This document shows positions 52,729 through 64,000 of a stretch of DNA of 64,000 bases, one piece after another. The notes beneath the pieces were generated by a model. That model saw only the letters and a program-made list of their open reading frames with translations. It was not told where the DNA came from and searched no databases. The position numbers and the translations under genes are program-made. The DNA lies in contig CM120643.1 in assembly GCA_051362555.1 (NCBI GenBank), positions 20,712,848 to 20,776,847 on the forward strand, written 5' to 3'. The stretch comes from Lingula anatina. Lineage: Eukaryota > Animalia > Brachiopoda. Every line of letters starts with the position of its first letter. Position 1 is the first letter of the stretch.

Positions 52729-54580
52729 GGTGTTGCGAGCTAGTGAATATAATACACTGACGAGCGTGTGTTGTATTGTGCGCTGTTCGCCACACCTCCT
52801 TTAGATTGATATCCAAGTTTCCTCAGCGCAGTGAGAAAGAGAGTGAGTGAGAGAGACCCGCGCTTTGTTTACTCCGCAATCGTCGATGAAATTGGTAACG
52901 ACTGCTTAGCTTTCAAGTTATCGATCCTTTTTTTACTCGCAGTTAGAATTTTTACACTCAAGTCCCTTGGCTGGTGAAACCGCTGTCTCTTGCTAACTTG
53001 CATTCAAATCCCCAAATCTCTAATCAATTTCAACTCTCGGCGATGCGCGACGGTATTTCTGTACTACACCGTTCCCCCATGTGATTTCTCTACCGATCAA
53101 GCTCCATACTTAAATGGGCTGTGTACTACTTTGGCGAGTTGGGTGATGCGGAGCCAAATCTCGCGTCCAGATCACGCGTCCGAATGACATGGGGCTCAGA
53201 CCTCCAACGCTGTTCCGATTAAAGAGGGCGGGCCAAGCGGGCCTGGAGGCGAACGCGGTGGATAAGATGCCAATTAATTGGTCGTGTCAGTTTAATCGTT
53301 TTCAACAGATGAGTGAAGTTGATTAAGTCTCTGTTCCCCAGACGCTGGTAAACGATTCTTTGATTGCCACTGTAATTCTGCTTTAACTTGTCATGAAAAT
53401 TGCCTTGGACAGAGTGCAGGGCCGCGCGGGACCTAAGAACGCTAGAAACGGGTTGGAAACTGGGTGTTTTTTGTCGATCACTACTCAAGATATTCCCTCC
53501 CTCGCTCTGGTTACAATACTCTCTTTACTGCTGTAGTAAAACGAACGGTCCTTAATAGCCATGACCACTTTTGGGAAACTATTTTAACCAATTAGCTTAA
53601 TTGGACAAGACAATGTTAGTTTTTCACGAAAATTCAGCACCAGAGCAATGATGCAGAAAGCTGAAGATATAAGACGCCGCGTTGCAAAGTGAGGAGAGCG
53701 CACTAAGGCACCATTTCCAGCATTTGAGGTATGGAGTGAAGACGCTGAGCTCGTATTTTGGCAGGAATTGCTGATGATAGTCTTACTAAGTGCAGTTAGT
53801 GCCTTAATCGATCTTAGAAAACTTTTTCTGTAACGCGATTTAAAATGCGAACTTGGAAGAGTTACCGCGGGTGACTGAGAGCCAGTCGACAAATGTCTCG
53901 GGTTACTCACGCGCCGAACTTAAGCAAGTGTTAATTCGTTTAATTGTTTATTTTGGCACTTTGCGATTTCAAACTTTCATCGACGGGCTATTAAGCGGCG
54001 TCTGGAGTTGTGGTCTCGGGAGAAAATATCCGTGAAGCACGGTAATGCACCAAGACTGCGGCCCACTGCGTCTGTTTGTTTAGTGATAACCGATCAGTTT
54101 AATAGATCGCTTGCGATCGTGTTGGCAGAGGAGGCAATGAAAGTAGACGCCGCGTACTACACAACGCGAAACAGATTTACGTTTCTTCTAGCTCCCCGAA
54201 CATGCACACGCTACCCAAGCCTACAATACACTTCTCTCGCTCGCTCACTCGCTCGCTGTCTCTCTCACTCTTCTTCTGTGTGAAGGTATCTAATTAACTG
54301 TCCCCTTCATTACGAAATGGGGCTCTATTTCAATGAATGGGACACCGATGCTCATTGAATAGACGGTGTGTAGTGTGTCGCTTACTTTTCAATTTCCTCA
54401 CAGAATGGAACTTTTGTAGCCGTAGTTATCAAACTGTCACCGCGCGATATTATGCAGCTACGAAGTCATCACAGTCCTTGCTTAGACCTGGCTTTTATCA
54501 GCGCGGGGGACGCTGCCACACCCCCTATTAACGCACAGGATTTGTGAATGTCCCTGTCTTTGACAAGTTGATAAATACTC
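52729..54580 (-). promoter_or_regulatory. Putative Tbx20 5'UTR, promoter and proximal regulatory region
   Basis: Directly upstream of the Tbx20 ATG and visibly richer in GC/CpG than the surroundings. Contains CCAAT/TAAT words, e.g. the palindrome CCAATTAATTGG near 53271. The TSS cannot be determined from sequence. Confidence 0.5.
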
Positions 54581-55717
54581 TTCATTTTGCGACAGTGGCC
54601 CCTATTCATATGTAGGAAAAATTCATTTTATGGCCCGGTAGGCAAATTGTGAGTAACTACGCCATAAACGTGTCATTACCTCTGCTAACTTTGTTTAAAG
54701 ACTTGTGGCGTTTGCTCGGGGTCTCTTTTTTCCTTTGTCGTATCAATTCCGAAAACTCACATTCGATCATTAAGTCGCAAAATAATCCTGTCAGAGATGA
54801 TTTTTATTCTTCGGACCACCTCAGTTGTAAAAACGCTGAGAGTGATATGAGCGAGCCCGCTGCCGCATTTGCAGCCAGAGATGCACGGGCTCTCGGGAAG
54901 AATTACGGAAGTTTTCTTTAAAAAAAAATAGTCTTGAAAATTTCACGCATTAAGTTTGTTTCTTCAGTTATATGTTTCCCTAACTGAAACAAGTTGCAGT
55001 GATAAACACATAGTTTTGTCGCTAAAGGTTAACCTTCTGTTTGTAAATAATTATACTGTTTTGTTTTAAGACTAGAATTAAATTCAAACGCAAGTCTGCA
55101 GAATATGTTTGTATCTTTAAACAAAAGTTAGCGCCGTAATTGGATCTTTTAGAGAAACGAAGATTTGCTTATTAAATAAACCAATAATTTCTTGGTAAGC
55201 TCTACTTTCTTCGGGCAATTGGTAATTAAATAAATGACTCATTTCCTTGTAGATTTTACGGAAGAGTTTATTCACAAACTCGTGAATTGGCTGCTGTCTT
55301 TCGTCGTCTCGTTTATTCATAGATCATCTCTTTTCAAAATATCTCATTTTCTTCAAACAACAGCCAAAATATCCCCAAAACATTGCGAAAAAGTAAGCGC
55401 TTATTTAAACGTGCATGGTGTTAAGTGAACTTCACATTTCTCTCCCGTGCCTCACACATGATGCTGAGGGGAAAATGAGGGGGTGAGCGGAGAGGACTTT
55501 GTAATTTTTTAGCCCACATGCGCAAACATCCGCTACAGGTTGCCCTCCCAAAACATCATTGCTAAAACATCAGCACACTCTTTGCTTACCTAACTGAGGT
55601 GTTGTCGGGAATTTTGGAGGTAGAGTTCAAGTTGTGGCTTATTTCAGCGTTACGTATTACCTCCGAGGATACACGAGGTCAGAGAAGAGAGAAAGAGAGA
55701 GAGGAGAGGGGAGAAAA

Positions 55718-55722
<5 letters not shown>

Positions 55723-55764
<42 letters not shown>
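55723..55764. repeat. (GA)n microsatellite
   Basis: Directly visible. Confidence 0.9.
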
Positions 55765-55767
<3 letters not shown>

Positions 55768-56018
55768 AAATATCAAATCACTTTCTTGAACTGCAAACCG
55801 CAAAGCAAAATCAACGAGGCGTGTTCATTTTGATGATTAATGAGTGTTAAGGATTATGAAAATTACATTAATAACATTGATATCCCCTCGTAGCTAATTT
55901 TACACATTTTCGCGTATTGCCAGCCACTGCGTTCATCCATACTTGTATTTTTAACATAAATACTTCGGAATGGATTCATCAAATGAATCAGAATGTTACG
56001 ACGTGGTCTTTAAAACAT

Positions 56019-56057
<39 letters not shown>

Positions 56058-56395
56058 CTCTTGGAACTACCTAAAGGTGGATATATTACGTCATGTTGAC
56101 TAAAAATGGATGGATAACATCAAACAAACAGATTTACTAGGATCGGCGACCATTTTACGATAGGTGATTTCCATATTAGTTCAGCGGTACTACCAGCACG
56201 TACTGTGAGACAATTGTAGTAAACACAGTAAAAATAATGTAAATAATAAAAATAGTCTATGACAAATGTCCTTATTGAAAATATCAAAGTCATTAATTTA
56301 AGTCTACTAATTCCTGTCCTATCATCTAGAAAATTTTAATCAAGTTATAAAGTTAGCTCCGGCGGCTTTTTCTTTGTCAATTCTTTGTCAATTTG

Positions 56396-56438
56396 CAAAA
56401 AAAAAAAAAATAAATAAAATAAAATAAAATAATAATAA

Positions 56439-56486
<48 letters not shown>

Positions 56487-56490
56487 AATT
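56396..56490. repeat. poly(A)/(AAAT)n low-complexity tract
   Basis: Directly visible. Confidence 0.85.
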
Positions 56491-59487
56491 AAAAAATAAT
56501 GATAAATAAATAAAATACCCATTTCATTTTATTGTCCGTAACTTAAAAAGCGCACAAAATGCATCATTATGAAATCTTAATGTAATTAATATTCCCAGGG
56601 CATTCGAGTACCATTATTGTATTTACAATTAATTGTATCTTAAACTCTTGCGTCTAATTTGTCCCGTTTTATATACCTAAGAACTTGGGCAGACCGCTGT
56701 TAAAAGCCAGGTTTGTGACACTTGTTCAACTATAAAAATCTATGCGGGCCATTTCTAATATGTGAGATACGTCTCTGAGTGGCTTTGGTTCAGACAGCAC
56801 CTTATACCCACAAAACGCTGTGTGCGCACTGCAGAAGGACCAAAGAACGCCGATTATTTAAAGCGTTCGGTAGTTTCTGTTCTCCTTAGGAAGTTATCAG
56901 CTCTGAGCTCTGCCTCGTGCCGGGACGAAACGCCACTCATTTGCTAGTCAAGCAATTAATGGAAGCCCATGCACGAAATTGTTCAAATCAATTTTAATCC
57001 AGACGAAAGTCTAACAAGGTCGCTATACCACGTCAATTTGTCGCTGTGATTGGATTAAGTCTTAACCAAATCGAGTGTCAGGGCACTACCACATATTAAT
57101 AAATCACTCTAAATTAACAGCATCGTTTACTGCGCTAAGAAACAGCAGCGCTCAGCCTGGCTTACTATTTACTCTCAGGTCCGTGTGCTTTGTTTTCAGT
57201 AATGAAGCGAGGGGAAAGAGAAAGGGTGATGGGCTAAGAGCTATAACGCAACTGAGAATAACTGCCGAATTTAATATGATTATATCATTTAAAGCATATA
57301 AAGTGGCTGCAATTTCCATTGTACTTACATGCTGTACACGTACAGTTTCATTATTTTACAATTCACGATTTGCGACAATCCTTCATCATCTACACAGCTT
57401 GTCCACTTTTTGCATTTACATATATTTCAACATTTTCAAATACTTATATCTAATTAAAGAGCGATTCACCAAAGCTTTAAAACGTACTTTACAAGATAGT
57501 TGAAAATAATAATATTCATTTTCCAGTTTAAACTTGATATTTGTAAATTTTCATGTAAAAGGGGTTTCTGAATGTAATCTGTAACTTCTAAATTTTATTT
57601 TGTGGATGATAAAAAAAGACAACTTGGTCACAAACTGTCGATATGCTTTGAAAATGAAATCATAATGGAAATGAATATATTTTCTGTTGCAGTTTGTAAA
57701 CACTACACAACAGTCAAACAAACACACAGCCGATCAACAGGAACGTGCCAGTGATATGTTAGATGGCATCAAATAAATGCGCTTCGCTCAATGTGTAGGA
57801 TGTATAACAAAACTCTTAAGAGGAGATTCCACGCAAGGGGGCATATATTAGCTGATCAAGCTTCGGCAGTATAACTAGTTGATGATTTGAGAAATACTAC
57901 CAAGTTTAGAAGTGGTCTATTTTTGACCAAACCAGCTGAGTTTCTTGTTCTTTTACATCAGGTTTTAACATGGCAATCAACCCAAATGAACACCATGAAA
58001 TCAAAAATGAAAGTGTCGCTAAATTGAAAATAAAAATATATAAATGAAATAGAAAAAAAAAAGATAAAATGAAAATGCCAATAATTTTAAAAGACACCAC
58101 ATCATTATAAGAACAGGGTTGCAAAATGTGTCTTACGTTTTTACACACAAAAAGAAGCTAGTGGAAATGATCTAAATTGGGTGTTACGCTAATAACATAA
58201 TAATTACAGGCAATTCTGTTTTGTCAATTCAGTATTCTTGAGACAGAAGTGAAGTTAGTGACTGCTTTGCTTAGAGATCCATTGAATATGAGAAAGAACG
58301 CCCCTCTTTCTTCTCCCCCCCCTCCCCACGTTCCCTCTAATTTGACTAAAGTGACGCTGTACAGATGACTTCAGCGTCCACCATCTAGTCACGCGAGCTC
58401 TCCTCTGGGACACATCTCTCGCTTTGAAGTCGGTGCTCGTAACAACCGTAACGCGATGGTGAAGACGATATCTCTTTCAGTGCATCATCTTCTCGTCGCG
58501 TTTGCAAAACGCCGAGGATCGATACAATAGACGCTGGTGGAAATCCTACTTCTCGCGTCCCGATGTAACGTTTGATCTTTTCATTGCCAGTGAAACACGA
58601 AGCCAGCGATAGAAGGCAGCCACTTGAGTTCTGGATTGGTCTACATACCGACATAAGAAATAACTAGTGGGGTTCGAGAGAGGGAGAGGCACTCACTCAG
58701 TCTGAGAGGAGTATGACACCGAGTTTGGGAGGTCGTCGTTCTCAACATGAGCACTTAGGCGCCCAGACGTAGAAATCCGACGAAACGTGGAGGATTATTG
58801 TCTCCGAGACTTTAACAACTTATCAGGTCTTTTTATGCCACAGACGCTCTCCCGGTATCATTAAGTAAATCACGTTAATAGCCGGCGCGTATTAGTCGGC
58901 TATCGGTTTCGTATCCTCTCTGACCTTTTGAGTGGCTCAACCGTCTTAGGTTCTCATTAAGATGGAAAACTGGAAGGAAAATAAAATTTGTTTTTTGTCA
59001 AGCATTGACAGAAGAACTTTCGTCGATCGTCGATTCTTAATTTGTGTACCCGCCCACTCGAACCTTGTAAAGTTCAAATATTTTCTGAGAAAAGAAAAAA
59101 ACCGAAGACTTTGCATGTCTTGTGAATCGAACAGTGGCGTTATATTTTGGGAATGTAACGCTGGTTGTCAGTAAATGCCAAGTAGTTCTTTACCTGAATT
59201 CTTTCGACCAACCACTAAATAAATAAATGAAATAAAGATATAATAAAAATGACCGAAATTGCCAGTGAAGAACATCAAATTATGATTATGAACACCATTT
59301 GTATTTCTAGTATTATGATAAAATTCTTTCGACAACACAAAAGTTATGTTGTATTTTGTGAGTTTGCGGGATAAAAGAGTATCCGTTGGTGTCCTAGAAA
59401 TGATTGAAAAACTTGGAATATAAGACAAATATTTTTGAATTAAATTTTTGAAATAAATGTTTCGTAGCCTGCTCCCTACTCCCCCCC

Positions 59488-59519
59488 TACACACACACAC
59501 ACACACACACGCACGCGCG

Positions 59520-59551
<32 letters not shown>
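59488..59551. repeat. (CA)n/(CG)n alternating purine-pyrimidine microsatellite
   Basis: Directly visible. Confidence 0.9.
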
Positions 59552-59554
<3 letters not shown>

Positions 59555-60954
59555 CTTCCCCAGCTCCACTTCAGCGTGGACCATCACTTTCTAAATACGT
59601 TTTTGTTCATTTACTCAGGTAAATGTTGCAGGCATATTATTCCCTATCACCTGTAGCCTAATTCACTGAAGAAAGCGTCTTGTTATACACTGAAATATTG
59701 AAGTGGAAATAACTCGAATATACTGGCTCCAAGTATAGCTGTATGTTGTTTGAACAAACCATTATCGTAACTTTTGGTGCATAAAGCAGTGATGCAATTC
59801 TTTATTTGATTTCAGAATTTAAAATGAAACAATGTCGTATTTTTTACTGAAAGAATGTGCACAGCCCATTTGAAGGAATGAGAGACGTGTATTAAAAAAA
59901 ACTTAGTTGCAAGACTAAGTAAACGAAAAGCTTCATAAGACCTCGCCAGAAACAAAAACTTGGAAAAGTTCAAGGTGACTCATTCTAGACCAAAAAATAC
60001 AAGGAAAAACCTCCGTGTTCCATATCTGGTGGACATAACTACCCCTGCGACCACAGATATATAAAGAACATAGAGATGTCATTTCAATCATTTCCATAGC
60101 TTCTGCACACATTCAATTGACTGAAAATCCAAAAAGGAATTTTTTCTTCCGTAAAATACCACTGTTAGGCAGATATCCAAACATTTATAACCAACGATAC
60201 GTTTTCATGTTTCTGCTGTAAAAAATTGCACTCCCGTCTTTTTAAAGTAAGAAAGATAAAACTTTCTTTGATATCAATAGCCTCTTTATCAAAACATCAT
60301 AAAATGTATCATTGATTACTGTACAAGCGAAAGCGAAGCTGCTATACGGTAAAACCCCCTCAACCGGGCGTTCAATAGTCTTGGTCGTTTTTAAGCTATT
60401 GCGATAGAGGAGAAAATCACAAATCAACAGGTGCATACGGTACAACGTCTTCTCTGACACATTTCAACAAATTCTAACCAATATTTAAATAAATGAGCTT
60501 TATTTTAAATATATCAACTGAGTTTATGTAACATGTAATGAACTTTGCCAAAATTACAATAAAATGTAATGTAAACTTACTTTTCGAAACAGAAAAGTAT
60601 AATTAAAATGTTGAAATACCGCATAAAGATCCTTTATGATTTGAGGAATTAATACAGAAATTCATAGCTTTGGCATATTATCTACTGAATGCAAATACCT
60701 TCACTAACCCAAGATGTTATGCTACATGTATCTCTGGTTGTCTGCGCTGTTCTTCATATATGGTCCAAGTATACACAATGATTTATAAAACAGTTACCGA
60801 CAGAAACAATTTAAACAACTTATCTTACTTATGACTGTTTAAGAAAGTGATAAGCATATTAAAAAATCGTCTCTTGGATCACCGGTAATTATTATCTCTT
60901 ACAGCATGTCTCAGACAGTGTTGTAATGTGATGTGAATTTTTTCTGGAATGCTT

Positions 60955-63309
60955 TTATGAATTTTTGACATGATCACTATGGCGACAACGTATGTGCTTC
61001 TTTAAAGTATGACTGACAGCAAAAGCCTTGTCACAGTGCTGACATTTGTATGGTCTTTCCCCAGTGTGAGTTCGTTCATGAACTACAGCGTCATGTTTCT
61101 GGGCAAATGCAAAGTCACAATACTGACATTTGAATGGTCTTTCACCAGTATGAATTCTTTCATGGTTTGTGCACGTTTTTTTAATGTTAAATGCCTTGTC
61201 ACAGTACTGACATTTGAATGGTCTTTCACCAGTGTGAGTTCGTTCATGGACAACACAGTTGTTTTTGCGGACAAAAGCTAGATCGCAATACTGGCATTTG
61301 TATGGTCTCTCTTCAGTCATAGAACCTTTGTGTACAATTTCTTCATGGCGCAAACAATCTTCTTTCCTGAGGAACGCTTTGTCGCAAAATTGACATTTTT
61401 GTTTATCCCTTTCAGTGTGAATCAATTCATGTCGAGAACAAATATTTTGAGTTAAAAACCCTTTCTGACAAAACTGGCATTTAAATGGTCTCTCAGCAGT
61501 GTGCAGTTTCTCATGTTTCCTGCGGGTGGCTTTCTCAAAGAATGCCTTATCACAGTACTGACATTTGAATGACCTGATTCTGGTGTGAGTTCTTTCATGC
61601 TGCAAGCAGTTGCCATTGAGAGTAAACGTCATGTCACAGTGGCGACACTTGAATGGTTTCTCTCCGGTGTGAATTCTTTCATGTTCAACACAGCGGGGTT
61701 TGGTAGGGAAGGCCTTATCACAGTACCGACATTTGAATGGTCTCTCTTCAGTGTGAACTTTTTCATGCTGTACACAGCTCTTTTTACTGGTAAATGTCTT
61801 TACGCAGTGCTGACATTTGAAGAAACTTTTCTCAGGTTCACTAGCATTTAAAGTGCTCCTACAAGTATCAGAAGAAACTGTTTTGCCTAAGTCAGCACTG
61901 CCAATATTATCATTACGTCCACAATCCGATGTATTAGAAGAAGACAGCATATGTGTATTTTGCTGAGGCAGTGTAATTTTACAATATTGGCACTTATATG
62001 ATTTCTCTTCAGTATGTGTACCTGCACCAGATACATCACTGCAATCATGGAGATATATCTGACCACAGCTCTGACATTTCACCATGTCCTGTTGGGTGTT
62101 ATTTCCTCCACAGATTTGGTAGGAAGGCATCTGGTAACTCAAGCGAATATCTGCAAGAGTCCCTGCTCCATTTTGTAGGACAGTTTCTTTCGTGGCACTT
62201 TGGGTAGATATTTTCAGCTTTGAAGTAGGGTTGAAATTCACAGGTTCAGTTTTCACACTGGTGTTCATGGTCAACTCATCCTCTAGGTTTTGCTGCACTG
62301 GATTAACACTGTCACTGGCAGCCTCATTTTCGGCATTCTCATATTCATAATCCACTGGCTCGACTTTTACAGCTGTTGCCAAAATGCTTTCACAATCATC
62401 CTTGGCACTCTCTTCACTTGATTCACTGAGTTGTCTAGAATGTGGATGGTGATTAGAGTTGGCGTCTGTCAAAGTTCCAGCATCATCTTGTACATCAGAT
62501 TCTTTGACCATGGTGTTTTTGTTTGCTGTATCTGGTTTTAAAGTTTTGTCCAAACAATCAGGTGGCTTGTGATTTACACTTAAAGTCATAGTTGTGCTAC
62601 TTTCCAAGTTTTGCTCGACTAGCTGAACATTCAAGTTCTGAGTTGGAATACTGATATGTCTGACACCTTCAGTGTTGTGGCGTATAAGAAAACTGAAAAG
62701 AAACAAAAATTGAAGAAATTTAGTGACTGCATTATTCCCTCTATTTCAGATTAAATGAAAAATTTCCAGTGAAACACAGCAATAAACTTTGCAGTTGGCA
62801 TCTATGTGCAACTGCTGCTCAAGTGCTCATCCTGAATCTAAATGTTACAAAGCAAAAGAACATGAAACTATCTTTGGTCAATTAATGAGTCATGGTTACC
62901 CTTTATTACAAATGACTGTGCACCTTACCTTTGGAAGTGTACCATACTTTCATGATGGATACGTTCCTGCCTTTTCAAGAAAGTCTTCTCACAATACTGA
63001 CATTGGTGGGTTTCCCTCTTAGAGTGGCGTTTTTCATGTTTGATGCGGCTTTCCCTCCACGAAAATGCCTTATCGCAGTATATGCACTTGAACGGTTTTT
63101 CTCCGGTGTGAGTTCTCTCATGGCTTCTAAACCTTGATATCCGATGAAAGATCTTATCACAGAACTGGCAATGGTAAGGTCCAGCTTTTACACTTGCTGC
63201 CAATGTCTCAAGCATCTTGTTGTTTTCTTCAACTGAGCCAATTTCTGAATCTGTTTTTGTTAGCATATGACCATCTTCAGAGTTGGCTGTGGAGTCTTGT
63301 AAAAAGAAA
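60955..63309 (-). CDS. Multi-C2H2 zinc-finger protein, last two coding exons; 5' exons lie outside the window
   Basis: Exon ~62929-63309 has 3 fingers and a GTAAGG donor; its acceptor could alternatively be at 63295. Terminal exon 60955-62692 has an acidic linker with VKVE/VKTE motifs, then 10 tandem CxxC-x12-HxxxH(x) fingers with TGERPF-type linkers. Confidence 0.92.
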
Positions 63310-63685
63310 CTGAAAAGATAAAGGGATATTTCTGAGTAATGGAATGAAATATGCATGGGTGATATTTCAGCCCACAGCCTTCAAATCAAAAATAATTCCA
63401 TGTAAATCATGTGATGTGATCTGGTGGCAATCTACATTTGATTGCAGCACAACACATATAAAGCAAACTAATCAGACTTCAAGAAACAATATTCAAACAA
63501 AAAAAGTAAAAAAAAAAAAAATTGCTCAGAGAGCAAATATACTCATAAACTATAAGAGTAGATCTAACAAAAATTAACATCTAATTACAAGACAATCATA
63601 GTTTAATAGTAGAAATGTTTAGATGTAATGTACATAATAACACGCCCTCCATCAGCACTGAAGTCTGATTGCTGTTACATACACC

Positions 63686-63907
63686 CCATTTCCATAGATT
63701 TTTAGATCGATCTATCCCTGTGGGGAGTCTCACTAGATTACTGTCAGCTTGGCCGGCTTAAGCATCTGTCCCGCCTACTAAAAGCTGTAAGGGGGTAATT
63801 AACTATGGTGCCCGCTCGGCTGACTGCAATTTAGCGTGAACCCCCAGGGAGTTAGGTCGATCTAAATCTTAATCTTTAGATCGATTTAAATCTCTGGGAA
63901 AGCACCC
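63686..63907. mobile_element. Palindromic MITE-like element in a zinc-finger gene intron
   Basis: Imperfect ~48-bp inverted arms at 63701-63748 and 63819-63866 (TTTAGATCGA.CTA..CCCTG.GGG...CTA.ATT.C.GTCAGC), plus a repeated TTTAGATCGAT unit at the right end. Confidence 0.65.
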
Positions 63908-64000
63908 AAAGGTACTACATGAAAACAATCAAGGCTGTTAAAGATTTGTGCTGAGGCTGAATTTGTTCGCATAGTGGTATTTTCTTTATGTTCATACTTA

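Noticed and set aside
61009-63137. Several plus-strand ORFs over the zinc-finger exons
   Set aside because: Antisense shadows of the repetitive finger codons, with no independent coding signal.
1-64000. CRISPR arrays, rRNA, tRNA or prokaryotic operon/defence systems
   Set aside because: None seen. The sequence is intron-rich animal DNA and the only regular repeats are microsatellites and finger codons.

Overview
Eukaryotic, AT-rich, intron-containing invertebrate DNA. It looks lophotrochozoan or mollusc-like, but the taxon is inferred, not proven. Gene models were built by hand from GT-AG junctions and phase continuity. In order: last exon of MPHOSPH6 (+); a 5'-truncated Rex1/Babar-type LINE (-); a 4-exon CUB-LDLa-TM receptor (+); a 12-exon two-domain phosphoethanolamine N-methyltransferase (+); a pentraxin gene (+) whose exon 2 is split by a Tc1 (DD34E) transposon with perfect TIRs and a TA duplication; a ~16 kb non-coding stretch; a 7-exon Tbx20 gene (-); and the last two exons of a C2H2 zinc-finger gene (-). 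The strongest oddities are: (1) a perfect 36-bp inverted repeat in Tbx20 introns 2 and 5 that brackets exons 3-5, which total 513 nt and are frame-symmetric, suggesting a circRNA or T-box-less isoform; (2) the Tc1 inside an otherwise intact pentraxin next to the phosphocholine-making enzyme; (3) an identical 20-bp Meis plus Pbx/Hox-like word on both sides of Tbx20; (4) an excess of TACATGTA, the Tc1 excision footprint. All functional interpretations are untested hypotheses.
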